Counted from the stretch's first letter, positions 1 to 12,026 are shown. The stretch: 64,000 nt of DNA from Phoronis australis (GCA_002633005.1 NMRA01000007.1:2129977-2193976); one strand, 5' to 3'. Notes: generated by a model from the letters alone, not told the origin. Numbers and translations are program-made.

Positions 1-257
1 AACACGAGCCGCCATTGAAAATCAGACCACGCTTTACCCAGATGCCCCGGCAATGTTGACAATTTACGTTCCTCCGAAACATAAAGACTTCCGCTTTCCG
101 AGGTGAACGTCGTCTGCAACGCCGCGGTAAGAAAGGAATTTGCCGCGAAAATTTCATATCAAATCCGATTTTTTTACGCGGAAATATTATAAAAAAAGCG
201 GAAAGCACATTTCAAAAAAGCGGAAATCCGCGTTTCCGCGGAAAATTCCAAGCCCTG
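1..257. mobile_element. Terminus of a DNA transposon/MITE (CAGGGCTTGG-type end, hAT-like)
   Basis: Ends ...ggaaaattccaagccctg with repeated gcggaaa subterminal motifs; other end is outside the window. Confidence 0.45.
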
Positions 258-560
258 ACTTATACCTTGTAAAACACACTCACAAGTTTTGTATACCTTG
301 TAAAACACACTCATAAGTTTAGTAATACCTTGTAAAACACACTCATAAGTTTAGTTATACCTTGTAAAACACACTCATAAGTTTACTTATACCTTGTAAA
401 ACACACTCCCAAGTTTTGTATACCTTGTAAAACACACTCATAAGTTTAGTTATACCTTGTAAAACACACTCATAAGTTTAGTTATACCTTGTAAAACACA
501 CTCATAAGTTTAGTTATACCTTGTAAAACACACTCATAAGTTTAGTATACCTTGTAAAAC
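258..560. repeat. Minisatellite, ~10 x 31-32 bp (tataccttgtaaaacacactcataagtttagt)
   Basis: Head-to-tail copies with register at 266, 297, 329, 361, 393, 424, 456, 488, 520, 551; no spacers. Confidence 0.95.
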
Positions 561-693
561 CCTTAAATCCGAGTTTCGAGATCATCTGCTTTATGTCGCT
601 CTGCATTCTCGCATCATCCTCGTCATCACTGCCAAAATTTTCAAGGTCACCTTCACTATCCATGTCTAATCCTTCAATCAGCTCGTAATCATC
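551..693 (-). CDS. CEBPZ: CEBPZ coding exon 2 (gene continues off left edge)
   Basis: Acceptor ttttcag|GAT; reads DDYELIEGLDMDSEGDLENFGSDDEDDARMQSDIKQMISKLGFKGFT(R); donor AG|gtatac. Acidic stretch followed by 'IKQMISKLGF' resembles CEBPZ 'LEAFIQNLNL'. Confidence 0.75.
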
Positions 694-1475
694 CTGAAAA
701 ATATATTGAAAAAGACATCACGAAGCGCTGGTTTCTCGGGCCCAAAGGTGGAAGTGTGGGGCCTTGTTGGTAATTTTGAGCTGCCCCCCCCTCAGTTATC
801 ATTCCTCATTGCATCAATTTCTGCATATTACTAAAACTTTTCAACAATGTATTTTAACAATTAAAAATAGGAAACTGGTAACAATCCAGATATTTTACGT
901 AATTTTATGAAATAACATAGATCATTGACCTATTTAGAGATAGACAAAAATTGTCACCTTTGGACCCCCAGGTAGATATATGAAATCAAAATTCTTTCAT
1001 GATTTTCATAAAGCAACTTTTAAGTTGGTTAAAACGAAAACAAAAACGAAATATTTTAGCAAACTGTAACAGTGTTTTTGAGATATCACCTTGAACATTT
1101 GGATCATGTTATTGACACAGTTGATTCACTCTCAATGTACATTTATTTTTTGCTGAAGTTTACACAAAAGGCCTTTCCCATACAGCGAACTTCAATACAA
1201 TCTAAGCATCGATGTTAACTGTGGTCAACCTTGAAGTTAAGCGTGAGTGTTCACATCAACTTCCGAATTATGGTTCATCAAAATCGCCAGGCGGCGCTAA
1301 TATGACAAGGCGGTATGACGTTTGGCAGGAACTCGTTTTGCATACACAAAACGTTCAGTGATTTTTTATAATTTTTTAAGGAAAGAATCCAGCAAGCACA
1401 TGACAAATGAAACAGAATGCTTGTACTGCCAAAATATCAAATATTGAAACAAAATATTAACAAATATTAACCAGT

Positions 1476-1703
1476 AGACGTCCAAGAAAGTTCATCAGCT
1501 TGGTGACACATTGTAGTGAAGTTTCTCAGAAACAAGCAAAAGTATTTCTCACCCATGTAGCTTTCGTCCACCATGACGGGAGCTGACTGCGCATGTGCCA
1601 TCTGTGTAGGAAGTCCATGTCATTCTGACACAGTCCTCCTCCCATGGTGGATGAAATCTGAGTGGGTAAGAGATATTTTTGCTTGTGTCTGAGAACCATT
1701 ACT
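1476..1703. mobile_element. Fold-back insertion flanked by a 16-bp direct repeat
   Basis: acaaatattaaccagt at 1460-1475 and 1704-1719; most of the interval (~1512-1706) is an imperfect inverted repeat. Confidence 0.6.
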
Positions 1704-2703
1704 ACAAATATTAACCAGTTACCACCCGCCATTGGCAAACGCAGTGACACCTGCCAATAACTCCAATGGCATCGAAGTTAACTGTTCTCATTACACCGAA
1801 CCATCTTCGCACTTAAATCTACCTCTTAACTTTAGAGTTAACTAGCGCTGTTAACTTCAATAAAACACCAAAGTTAACTAACTGTTCTCAGAGACTGACG
1901 CTTCGGAGGCAGCGGGAAAAGTCAATAGCAAATTGGTAAGAAGTTAAAAGTCAAATTGTACAAGCTTTCTACTTTCAGAAAATATACATTTTTACCGAGT
2001 TAAATATAAAGTTTCGTAGGTATTTGCCTAAATACACAGACTAGTCAGTAACATTCTACACAACTTTAATCAGCCTACATGAGGTGTTAGTCTTGAATAC
2101 TCATTTTAATAACTTTGTTGATATTTTCCCAGTGACCCCCATCAAACGATATCAACTGATGGAAACAAATTGGTATAATCCAGATGTTAATTTCTAGGTA
2201 AGGCTGCAACAGCAAAATCAATATCATGTTGAACACCTGTAGAAATAGAAACCCAGAGTATGTGCGGCAAAATCTACGTTTTTTATCATCTATCAAACTA
2301 GGTTGGATACAAGCATTGACGAAGGTGAGATCAAAGTTAACTATTGTTCCTTATGAATGAATGAAAGATTCTTTAATTTGGCACAATTAATTTTGTTGGT
2401 ACTTGTCGTGACAAACAATATTTTGAACATATTTTACGATATACAGCTGTCAGCAGCATTTGATATAGCATTCTGAGCATTGACACACATGTACTGGAAA
2501 ATTAGGCAATAGCTTTTCTCTGAAATTGATGAGCCTAGTACAAGTAAATGGCAAAAAATACGACAGCTGCTTTTAGCTTAAAATTGCAATTGCCAGTGCA
2601 CTGCACATTGATCATAATTTGACAGGTGGCGCTCCATGAATAGTGCAAGTTGTGGTCAAATTTGCTCCCCTCTCAATTTCTGGCAACTACTGCTGGGCAC
2701 AAT

Positions 2704-3372
2704 CACAGGCGTCCTCAGCTTCTGATCGTTCCCAATACACTACATGTAATACTACAAGGTATGACACTCCCGACTAGAAATTCCACGGGTGCTTCACTTC
2801 AGCCGTCCATAGCAAATATAAAACTCAATAAATTTACACAAAACAGAGGTTCAACAAACCATGAAGAATTGTTCTTTTTCCAGATACCATTCACGATGTC
2901 CTGTTCCGGCGACTTCATAAGAAATTCGCAGTCAAAGAACAAAAATGTTCACAAAAAGCCCCCACACACTTTCATCATGGGCCGCTCGAGGTCAAGGACG
3001 GTACGGAAATTGCCGGTGAGTTACGGAAGTACTCGATAGTTTTTCTACTGGCAGCTAAGTGTAGAGTTATCGACATCGTCCTTGACCTCGAGCGGACCAT
3101 GATGAAAGTGTGTGGGGGCTTTTTGTGAACATTTTGTTCTTTGACTGTGAATTTCTTACGAAGTCACCGAAACAGGACACCGTGAACGGTATTGGGAGAA
3201 AGAACAATTCTTCATGGTTTGTTGAACCTCTGTTTTGTGTAAATTTATTGAGTTTTATATTTGCTATGGACGGCTGAAGTGAAGCACCCGTGGAATTTCT
3301 AGTCGGGAGTGTCATACCTTGTAGTATTATATATAGTGTATTGGGGACGATCAGAAGCTGAGGACGCCTGTG
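2704..3372. mobile_element. Fold-back MITE with ~300-bp TIRs and 8-bp TSD (P- or hAT-superfamily-like)
   Basis: Ends CACAGGCGTCCTCAGC...GCTGAGGACGCCTGTG; TSD ggcacaat at 2696-2703 and 3373-3380; spacer ~3001-3076. Explains the mirror-image ORFs 2650+ and 3067-. Confidence 0.9.
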
Positions 3373-3931
3373 GGCACAATGAGATTTGTACGACATGAGA
3401 AGGCTAAAAATAGCACTTGCTTACTGCTTGACCTTATGACCTCATTTTTGTCAGTCGCAACTGTCTGAAATCCCCTTCTCTAACTTGAATTCAATAGAAA
3501 ATTCAAGAACTCTCCTCATTATGATTTGGAAAAAGAACGACCTGATTGACACAGACATACATTTCACACAACTTAAGGAACCTGGCGTGATTGGAAACTG
3601 CAAAACCCCTACATGTTCATTGTGATCGCATACAAATCATGATTTTGTGCAAAAAATTGATAATTTTGGGTATTTTCGTGGAAGCCAGTTTTACTTCCTA
3701 CAGTCATCAAAGAAAGAACAAATGCAACACTAAGCAAATTAAAAAGTGGCATGACCTGTACACTTGTGCCAAATTTCACCAAAGTCCAATCAGGTTTTTA
3801 AGACATGGACCAGACACCTGGACCACATACTTTAAATGGTTACATATCTAAGTGCATGTTGTAATCAAATTTATATGACCCATAATGCCAAACCATTTGC
3901 TCCAGATTCAAGGGCTTCAGACCTGCCCATC

Positions 3932-4219
3932 ATGCAGCTCGACAGATGGACTGACGACGAGGACACCTATTGCTGCTCATGGCAACTAACTGCAGCTCTG
4001 GCAACTTTGGGAATAATAGTGTTCCTGATCGATAGGATAAATCTCCACTTTAGCATCCTTCAAGGCAACAACCCGTGGGGTGAATACAGAGAGGAGTATG
4101 CTGTGCCCTTTGTAATCAGCATCTTGTTTGTACTGCAAGTGGCAGTGGGAACCTTCTACTGTATTCATAGGCGAATCACCAAGCAACCAAACACAGCGGG
4201 TGATAAAATAACTGTATGA
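3932..4219 (+). CDS. Candidate small two-TM protein (95 aa) nested antisense in CEBPZ intron 1
   Basis: Acceptor-like tttgctccag ending at 3905; ATG at 3932; hydrophobic segments LTAALATLGIIVFLI and YAVPFVISILFVLQVAVGTFYCI followed by basic HRR; visibly more GC-rich than the flanks. No family recognised. Confidence 0.5.
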   Translation: MQLDRWTDDEDTYCCSWQLTAALATLGIIVFLIDRINLHFSILQGNNPWGEYREEYAVPFVISILFVLQVAVGTFYCIHRRITKQPNTAGDKITV

Positions 4220-4447
4220 AACACAACATTGAAACCCTGAGGATAGAACATTTTACAGATTCTTGTCAAAATAAGGTTCCCCTTTACCGCCACAGTGAAT
4301 GAAACAAAACAAGAACTGTACTGCCAAAGCCATCGCCATCTCATTCCAGTCATTTATGTGTAAAGAGTAACTGTGAGGTGATCTAAAACTGATGTGATCC
4401 AAACTGACTGACATAAATCAACACAGTGCACGCAGAGACTGATATTC

Positions 4448-4869
4448 GGGTGGTCACTTTGCCCCTGTGACTCGGGTCACAACGTCATTTTGAATACCTG
4501 AGCAGGTATCCACTAGTTTTCAAAGAATTTGTAAATGTTCCACATTTATTGCTTGAAACTAATTTGGTATATACAGTTGGCTTATGAAAGAGACATCCAC
4601 AATTTGTAGTAGCATGTGAATTATAGAAATTTGCAGTTTAAGGTTACATGGGATCTTAGAAAAATTACAAATTTGGTAAAATGTGGAATGTCATATCTCA
4701 GAAATGGTGGATCAGACTCTGTTTTTCATGGTAAACTTCAAGATATGACCATATGCAATGTGTACTGTTCTCCGAAGTACTGTCAGAAACTGTTTTCAAA
4801 ATACTTCACTTTTATATGAGAATTAGTGACCCAAAATTAAAGAAATTTGTTGATGAAAAAGACCACCCG
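4448..4869. mobile_element. Degenerate MITE (short TIR cgggtggtc/gaccacccg)
   Basis: 9-bp terminal inverted repeat; no clear TSD. Confidence 0.35.
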
Positions 4870-5044
4870 CAAAATGCCAGACCAAAATCTCGAGGGTCGG
4901 TCTCGTTTCTAAATCAATGGCATTCAAGTACAAATTAGGTCATCAGGTTAACTGTTGACATCTTTTCTCAAATCACATCAACTTATGGCAGCATTACTCA
5001 GCGACAAGATGGCATCAAGATCAAGGAAGGGATGTATACATGGA

Positions 5045-5593
5045 AAATGATGACATGTTGCATGATATTGCCGACTTCTTTCATTAATTGACTTTTCTGT
5101 TTTGGTTCAGAACTGGTACTGTATTTTCCTTCATTCAGGCCTTTCAACTGCTATACGTGCAATTTTAATTTGCAATGTCAATATTTGGGCAAAATTGGGT
5201 TATTGTTTACAATCCGACTCTATTAACGTACATACTTGATACTATTTTCTGAATCCTCTAGTCACTCAACATCGGCTGCCGCAAATTAACACTGCATAAA
5301 AACAGTGAATGCACGAATAAGAAGAGCCTAATTGGTACGAGTAATACATTTTGGAATCATAATGACGAGAGNAAATGATGACATGTTGCATGATATTGCC
5401 GACTTCTTTCATTAATTGACTTTTCTGTTTTGGTTCAGAACTGGTACTGTATTTTCCTTCATTCAGGCCTTTCAACTGCTATACGTGCAATTTTAATTTG
5501 CAATGTCAATATTTGGGCAAAATTGGGTTATTGTTTACAATCCGACTCTATTAACGTACATAGTTGATACTATTTTCTGAATCCTCTAGTCAC
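5045..5593. repeat. Overlap duplication around a single 'n' at 5372 (probable haplotype/assembly artefact)
   Basis: ~5045-5265 is repeated almost exactly at 5373-5593; ~5260-5371 is repeated at ~6149-6260. Confidence 0.85.
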
Positions 5594-6332
5594 GATGATT
5601 CCAAAAATGTATTATTTGTACTGATTGGTCGCTTCTTATTCATAATTTCCAAGTTTTTCCAAGGCATTCATTTGCAACGCGGATTTAGTGAGGCAGCCAT
5701 TTTTAAAAGTGCGACACCTTTTGGCAAGATTGATAACTAACAGTTATCCTAGACTAAAGTTGATTCGATGCAGAATGTGTTTCTGTGTTCGCGTATTTTA
5801 GCCTTCTAGTGATTTTAGTTATCTTATTGCCAAATTCCACTTGTTTGAAACAGTTTTTTTCGGAGATGACACATGCCCGCCACAACAAGAGCCGAAATCA
5901 TGTCCGCGAGATGTCAAGTGTTTTCAAGGACGACATTTGTCCATGAGAACACGCACTCACGTGTTTTTCTGAGGAAGCTTTGAAGAGGCAATCCTTTAAA
6001 ACTGACTATTACTGTTTTTTTTACTCAGAGTTTCCCTAATGTGTCACACGATATCTTCAATATATTACCCAATTTTGGGATTTTCTGACACACACATGAT
6101 CATTTTAGTTATCATTCCTGCCGAGAGGTGTCACACTTATAAAACGGCAGTCACTCAACATCGGCTGCCGCAAATTAACACTGCATAAAAACAGTGAATG
6201 CACGAATAAGAAGAGCCTAATTGGTACGAGTAATACATTTTGGAATCATAATGACGAGAGGATTCAGAAAATATTAATATCAAGTTACCAAGTATGTATG
6301 TTAATGGAGTCGAATTGTAAACAATAACCAAA
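5521..6332. mobile_element. MITE with ~110-bp imperfect TIRs
   Basis: Left ggttattgtttacaatccgactctattaac... versus right ...gttaatggagtcgaattgtaaacaataacc. Confidence 0.7.
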
Positions 6333-6389
6333 TTGAGTTCCACAGTTTAACAAACTTGCCTGTAAATACTACTAACACTAACAGTAACA

Positions 6390-7123
6390 CACAGGCCAGG
6401 CAGGTGCTGGGGTCTACTTTCCAAGCCTTCCTGTTGCAGATGCAGAAAACTGGGTATCGCTAGGCAATCTTGCCACGGTGTTTCAGGCTGAGATCACTGC
6501 AATTAATACAGCTGCTCACCTGGCACAACAATATAACCCTGAACTTGGCAATCAGCCAATTACCACCTTTTCAGATAGCCAGGCAGCAATAAAAGCCCTA
6601 AAGAAACTAAGGATCAACTCTCGTTGTGTTAATGCTTGTATTAATAAGCTTAACAAGCTTGCAATTGAAAGAACCGTACGCTGGGTCAGGGCCCATGTGG
6701 GAATTGATGGCAATGAGAATGCAGACAGACTCGCAAAGATAGGAGCAAGCGTTCTGCATTTTGTGCCTGAACCTGCTATCCCAGTATCTTACGGATGTTG
6801 CAGGATGAGTATACGCAACTGGGTACATACCCAATCAGTAGCCCAGTGGCCATCACTTAACTCCTGCAGAGAGACCAAGGAGAATTTTCCCAACGTGATC
6901 GAACCAAAAGGTTCAAAAAGCCTTCTGAGTCTAGATAGATTGGGTATAAGACATGTCATTCAAATTTTGATGGGCCACTGCAACCTAGCCCGACACAGAC
7001 ACATTACTGGGCATATGGGGAGCCCTGTGTGTGCCGAGTGTGGTACTGACGAAGAATCTCCTAAACACCTGGTAGAGTCTTGCCCAGCTTTTTATAGGCT
7101 AAGGAGCAACCTACTGGATGGCA
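6390..7123 (+). mobile_element. 5'-truncated non-LTR retrotransposon: RNase H domain + C-terminal zinc knuckle (LOA/Lian/I-group-like)
   Basis: Motifs VFQAEITAI, FSDSQAAIKAL, WVRAHVGIDGNENADRLAK, GHCNLARH, CAECGTDEESPKHLVESC; runs into the N gap. Confidence 0.9.
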
Positions 7124-7344
7124 NNNNNNNNNNNNNNNNNNNNNNNNNNNNNNNNNNNNNNNNNNNNNNNNNNNNNNNNNNNNNNNNNNNNNNNNNNNNN
7201 NNNNNNNNNNNNNNNNNNNNNNNNNNNNNNNNNNNNNNNNNNNNNNNNNNNNNNNNNNNNNNNNNNNNNNNNNNNNNNNNNNNNNNNNNNNNNNNNNNNN
7301 NNNNNNNNNNNNNNNNNNNNNNNNNNNNNNNNNNNNNNNNNNNN
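7124..7344. other. Assembly gap (221 N)
   Basis: Run of n. Confidence 1.
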
Positions 7345-7904
7345 CAATTAAAGACAAGTATAAGTGGTGGCATTTTGGAAACGAACATTTGACAAGACCG
7401 CAATGGCTCACCTTTGGCCTATTTAAAAATTATTGAGGTTATGAAGTCACATCACCCAGCGAGCGCGGTAAAAATTGGAGCGTGCGCAGTACAAAAATTT
7501 TGATTTCACGATTTTGGGAACTGAAATAGGGACTGCTCGAAGAAAAAGTTTCATAACGGGAGTATTTGTTCGAGTTGGAAGGACTTAAACACATCGACAA
7601 CCTCCTAAGCGACCTAAGCCGTCCTAAGGTGTTCCTCTATGCGCAAAAGGTATTTATAACAACGTGACTTTGATGGTTTAGTCGGTGCGAAAAGCTCCAG
7701 GCGTACAGAGCGCCTATAGCCTCTACATCGCTTCTGGTTCGGGCCAACAGAGGCGATGGTCATTGCCTAAGTTAAGGCGATGGTCATTACCTAGCCTACC
7801 GTGTCCGTGTGTGAGGACTCACAGATACAGCTAACTGGCTAAGTCACCTTCTTCCTGACCAACCATCGCGGTATAGAGACAAGGATTCAGTGGGGTATAC
7901 ATAC

Positions 7905-8006
7905 CTTTTTACCACCCAATTCCAGAATATTTGACAAACCAATCTCAGAACTTGGAGTTTTCGTTCGCTTTAGCTTCCGATTCTTTTTTTCACGTGTTGT
8001 CGCCAT
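7905..8006 (-). CDS. CEBPZ: CEBPZ/Noc1 (Mak21) ribosome-biogenesis factor, coding exon 1
   Basis: aaaATGGCG start; reads MATTREKKNRKLKRTKTPSSEIGLSNILELGGKK then donor AAG|gtatgt (phase 0). Joined to the next exon it gives ILELGGKK-DDYELI, like the human CEBPZ N-terminal motif VLRLGGTKQDYLML (recalled). Confidence 0.75.
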
Positions 8007-11000
8007 TTTTAAAGCACAACCGCGCTGTGTAGTGGCACTTTTTGGAACTAGCAGGGTGCTGCAGCTGTGCGTGAACTCGGAAGCCTCGTCTCAATATCGC
8101 TTATGTTGAACTTGGAATTGAATATTCATTTGGGCAATCAACTGAAAATTTTTTGTTCAGTGTAAGGAATTTTTGTAATTATTGGCCTCATGACTATCCA
8201 TTTTCACCTTTATCGTAACTTTTTCCAAATAATCGGAAATTATGTGAATGGTTTAATCTGGTGAATAAAATCGCCACCATAGTTGAAAAAAGATATTGGT
8301 TGAAATTTACTTTATCTTATTAACATGTAATTTGATTTGGTGCAGTGCAAATTTTTGTCAACGTGAACGTGATTATTTGAGTGAACTTTTCAAGTTTCCA
8401 CGTGTGTTCGAAGTTCACGCTTACGCGATCTTCATATAAGCAAGATTCCAAGTTCAAGCACAGCACTGCCAAGGCAGTAGCGGGCGGCAGTCGGACCACA
8501 AACCTTAGTTTGTTCGCCGGAGTACAAAGTTGTACAAACATACAGGTCTGGAAGAATGTGGCTAAATCTGACGAAATATAATTTGACATATAATTAATTT
8601 TACGCCTATCGTTTGTCGCTATATAGTCATAGTTAATATAGTCAGAGCTCAACGTGGTTCTTGTCGACTGACCGCTCTGGGCGGCAAGCTGCCGCCGGCC
8701 TGTGAGTGGGCGGTAACCCGGCGACGTAAGCGGGTCGACGCCGCCGGGGTGGTCTCGGTGATGCTAAATTCAAATTTAATTGATCAATTTTATAGGAACC
8801 ACTTCACATTGAAAAGTGTTACGTTATTCCTCATCTGAAACAAGCTGCAGCGATGAGAAATGAGTCAGCTACCTGACGCCACAACCGGCGGGACCGGGCC
8901 TGGCGGAGTAACAACAAGAGGTTGACCTTATAGTGGGCGGACCTGATGCGCGTGAGGCAGGGGTTCTAGTCTTTCAGTAGCGTATTTAGGCTCCCTTGCC
9001 CATCGAGAAAAAAATAGTACAAATGACACGGATTTTGTTATAGGGATGCCCCCCACTCCTAGTGACGGGGAGCCGCATCCGCCATTTCTTTTAACTGAAG
9101 GGCAGCCAGTCAGGTGTTGTTATGTTAAATCGTTTATTTCATGAGCACAAATAAATGCAACTGGTAACATTACTACCCTGCCAGAAATCGAATTAATACT
9201 TTTTGGCCCATGCATTGACACACAAAAACATTGCCTCTAGTCTCGCGTATTCAACTGGGCCAGTTCTCCGGTGTGATTGCGCGCGCTTTTGAACCATGCC
9301 TTAGAACCCGTAAGCAAGAACATAACGTCAGCGGTAGCTAATTCGCGGTTAATGGGTTTTGAAACAGTGGTCGGACCTCTTTGCTCGGGTGAGTTTGTTA
9401 GCCCCGAAAGTTTGGCGGATCACCATGAAGAAAATTCTCGACTGATTTGCTGCGATACTGCAGGGGGCTTTGTTATGTGTGATTTTAGTGATACAATCTG
9501 GAATTCTGAAATTGTTGACTTGGACCCTTTTTGGTAAAAAACCCCTTGATCCGACCCCGCTTTTAAAAATCATGGATCCGCCCCTGGACTGCATTAATGT
9601 AATTAAAAGTATTCAACAGGGTGTCACCGAAGAGTAATGGTTGGAATAAGCGGGGACCTGGGAAAACTATCCAAATGCAAAACTGAAACGAGTTTCGACC
9701 AGGGGTCGGAGTTTGCAGTGAACAGTAAGACAATGGCCCCGTTGCGACCACTCCACATGGCTACGGTAGTGATTATCTGAAAGTTTTACTAACGAATTTC
9801 AAGGTCCTAAGTCAACGTATTGACTGAGGTAAAAGAGCTTTTATCGTTTTTTTTTTTCAGTACATGTTTAATACTAAAACCATTACAGGCTACCACTGAA
9901 ATGCACCAGAATTTACGTTATCATCTTCTGATAATTTTTTTGGGAATCTCAAACCCCGTGGGTTACCTCGACTCATGAATTACCCCGGTTTGGTTACCCA
10001 CGGTCCAGCATTCGGCACGCCGTGCATTTTGGAACCACCGAAAGATTCCACCCTGGAAAATATGGATGACTAAAGACCTATCAAGTGTTCGTTTTCTTAA
10101 TTTATGGGTCCACGAAAATGATTCTTAAATAATTTTTGCCAATTATAAAAAATCTTGTATAGAATTCATGTTTCTGTGGATTTTCGTGTAGGTTGAAATT
10201 AAGCACTGTCGCAAGCGGGGTGCAACCAAAGTTCTCGAAGGTAAAATATTCGGGTATCCCCTAAAATATTTTCGGTCGAGTCCAGATCGAAGGGGTCAAT
10301 TAAGTCCGCCTGTGAGCTTCGATGTTTAGGTGCATTTTCACGTAGGCTGACGGAATTCGGGAAAATCTTCGTTATATGCCCACAACAGCCTCGAAACAGC
10401 AAAGTCCAGATACGCCTATGCCCTTCCTAATTGTACACACATTTTTCAGAATGCATGCCATAGGCCTGCTTTTGGAACCGTGTTTATATTTTTCTGTGGT
10501 TTGAAGATGTCCCGAAAGAACAATCCGGCGTCCAGTGAATGTCAGCCAGAGCATCGAGTTGGGAAATAGAACTGTTCGTTAAAAGCACTTTTCGAGCTTA
10601 TCTAAAGCATTTGTTCCGCCTAGAACCGGTAACTCCAGTAGAGGAGAGAGAGACTTATCAAATGCAAACATAACAGTCCATTAATTATTTTCAAAGGGAA
10701 AGTTTCATTTTTGACGTTCGCATTTACAGTTAAACATTTGTTTTTAAAATCACTGAGTTCCCGATTCCTGAGCATATCTTTAATAATACAAAGCCTGCGT
10801 CGTAATTTCAGATAGACCGAATAACAATATGGTAAACATTGTGACACCCTTTTTGTTTTTAAAAAAGTCCTCCCCAAAGTGAGCTCGGATTTCCTTTTAA
10901 GATACAAGATTGTAAAAAACGTGCCAATTTCCGAAAAAGTGCTTCAGGGTCGTATTCTGTCAGTCGAATTTATGCTTTTGAAAGACCGGGCACTTTTGTC

Positions 11001-11285
11001 AAGGAACTCTTGGTCGCATGCAACATCTATGTGCATTCAACTGACAATATTTCCGAGCTCTTGTTTCTGTGTGAAGTCATTTCAAAACACCAAATTCAAA
11101 TGAAATTAGCTCCAGTAGTTACGTCATTTCTATGCTCTCTGAGATTGAAACCTCGCTGGTGTGTTTGTATAGTTCGTTTCGTATCTTCGGGGCCTTTCCG
11201 AGAGAGGTTCCGTTAATAAGCAAGAGTAAGATGTTCCAAAAATTATGTTGAAATCAGATGGACTCACTTCCATCAATTTTTTAAT

Positions 11286-11406
11286 TTATGCATCCTATCA
11301 CGTTAGATGGGGACTTCTTTTTGGCTCAGAGTTTAGTAACAAAGATAATTATGCATCCTATCACGTTAGATGGGGACTTCTTTTTTGGCTCAGAGTTTAG
11401 TAACAA
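11286..11406. repeat. Tandem duplication of a ~63-bp unit
   Basis: ttatgcatcctatcacgttagatggggacttc...cagagtttagtaacaa occurs twice. Confidence 0.9.
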
Positions 11407-11867
11407 CGATAGTTATTAATTGGAATGTATTTGTGATCACAATCTATCCATCAGCAACAATGTCATAGCAGCCTCGTCTTCGTTTGTTGCTCAAAGAACG
11501 ACTGCTGGCGGGCACTGAGCATGTTAGATTTGTTTCATGAAAAGTGATTTAAAGTGGAACTTGCACGCTAATTCCTCTGTGATTGGTTGGTCAAATTAGT
11601 TACAAACACAACATGTAGCGACGATGTGAACATGAAGTACGTTGAAAATTGCTAAATGTTTTTAAGAAGGAGTTTTGTGTCGAAAATGATCCACCGTAAA
11701 TCACTCAACCGTGTCCAGTAAGTATCGTGATATGGTGTTTGGGAATAACACTGCATGATTTGGGATATGTGAGCCCGAAAGGTACGTCACTAGTGCAAAA
11801 GTCGTCTATTTGCGTAGTTTTTTGGTTTCATATTTACAAGTTGTCAACGAAATACAACTGCACTTTA

Positions 11868-12026
11868 CAGGGGCGGATCCAGGATTTTGAGTTAGGGGGG
11901 GGGATAGGGTACAGTATTGGTCAGGATTTTGTCCGTCAGACATTCACACTCCCGAACTACCAAATGGAATTTGGGAGAATTTTAGGGGGGCATGGCCCCC
12001 TTGGCCCCCCTCTAAATCCGCTACTG
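11868..12026. mobile_element. Short MITE CAGGGGCGGAT...ATCCGCTACTG with 5-bp TSD
   Basis: cttta on both sides (11863-11867, 12027-12031); a related terminus ends near 9587. Confidence 0.75.

Noticed and set aside
258-560. CRISPR-like array of ~32-bp repeats
   Set aside because: Units are head-to-tail with no unique spacers, no cas genes, and the context is a eukaryotic intron. The same applies to the 34-bp array at 34081-34390.
1476-1600. Hammerhead ribozyme (minus-strand ctgatga and gacgaaa motifs)
   Set aside because: The motifs are not arranged as CUGANGA-stem II-GAAA, and no stems I/III could be built.
2650-3396. Two 'paralogous' ORFs (129 aa on +, 109 aa on -)
   Set aside because: They are the two arms of one inverted repeat read in opposite directions.
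3932-4219. CEBPZOS orthologue
   Set aside because: No resemblance to the recalled human CEBPZOS sequence (single TM, different motifs), and a different position relative to CEBPZ.
7061-7411. ORFs spanning X runs
   Set aside because: Artefacts of translating through the N gap.
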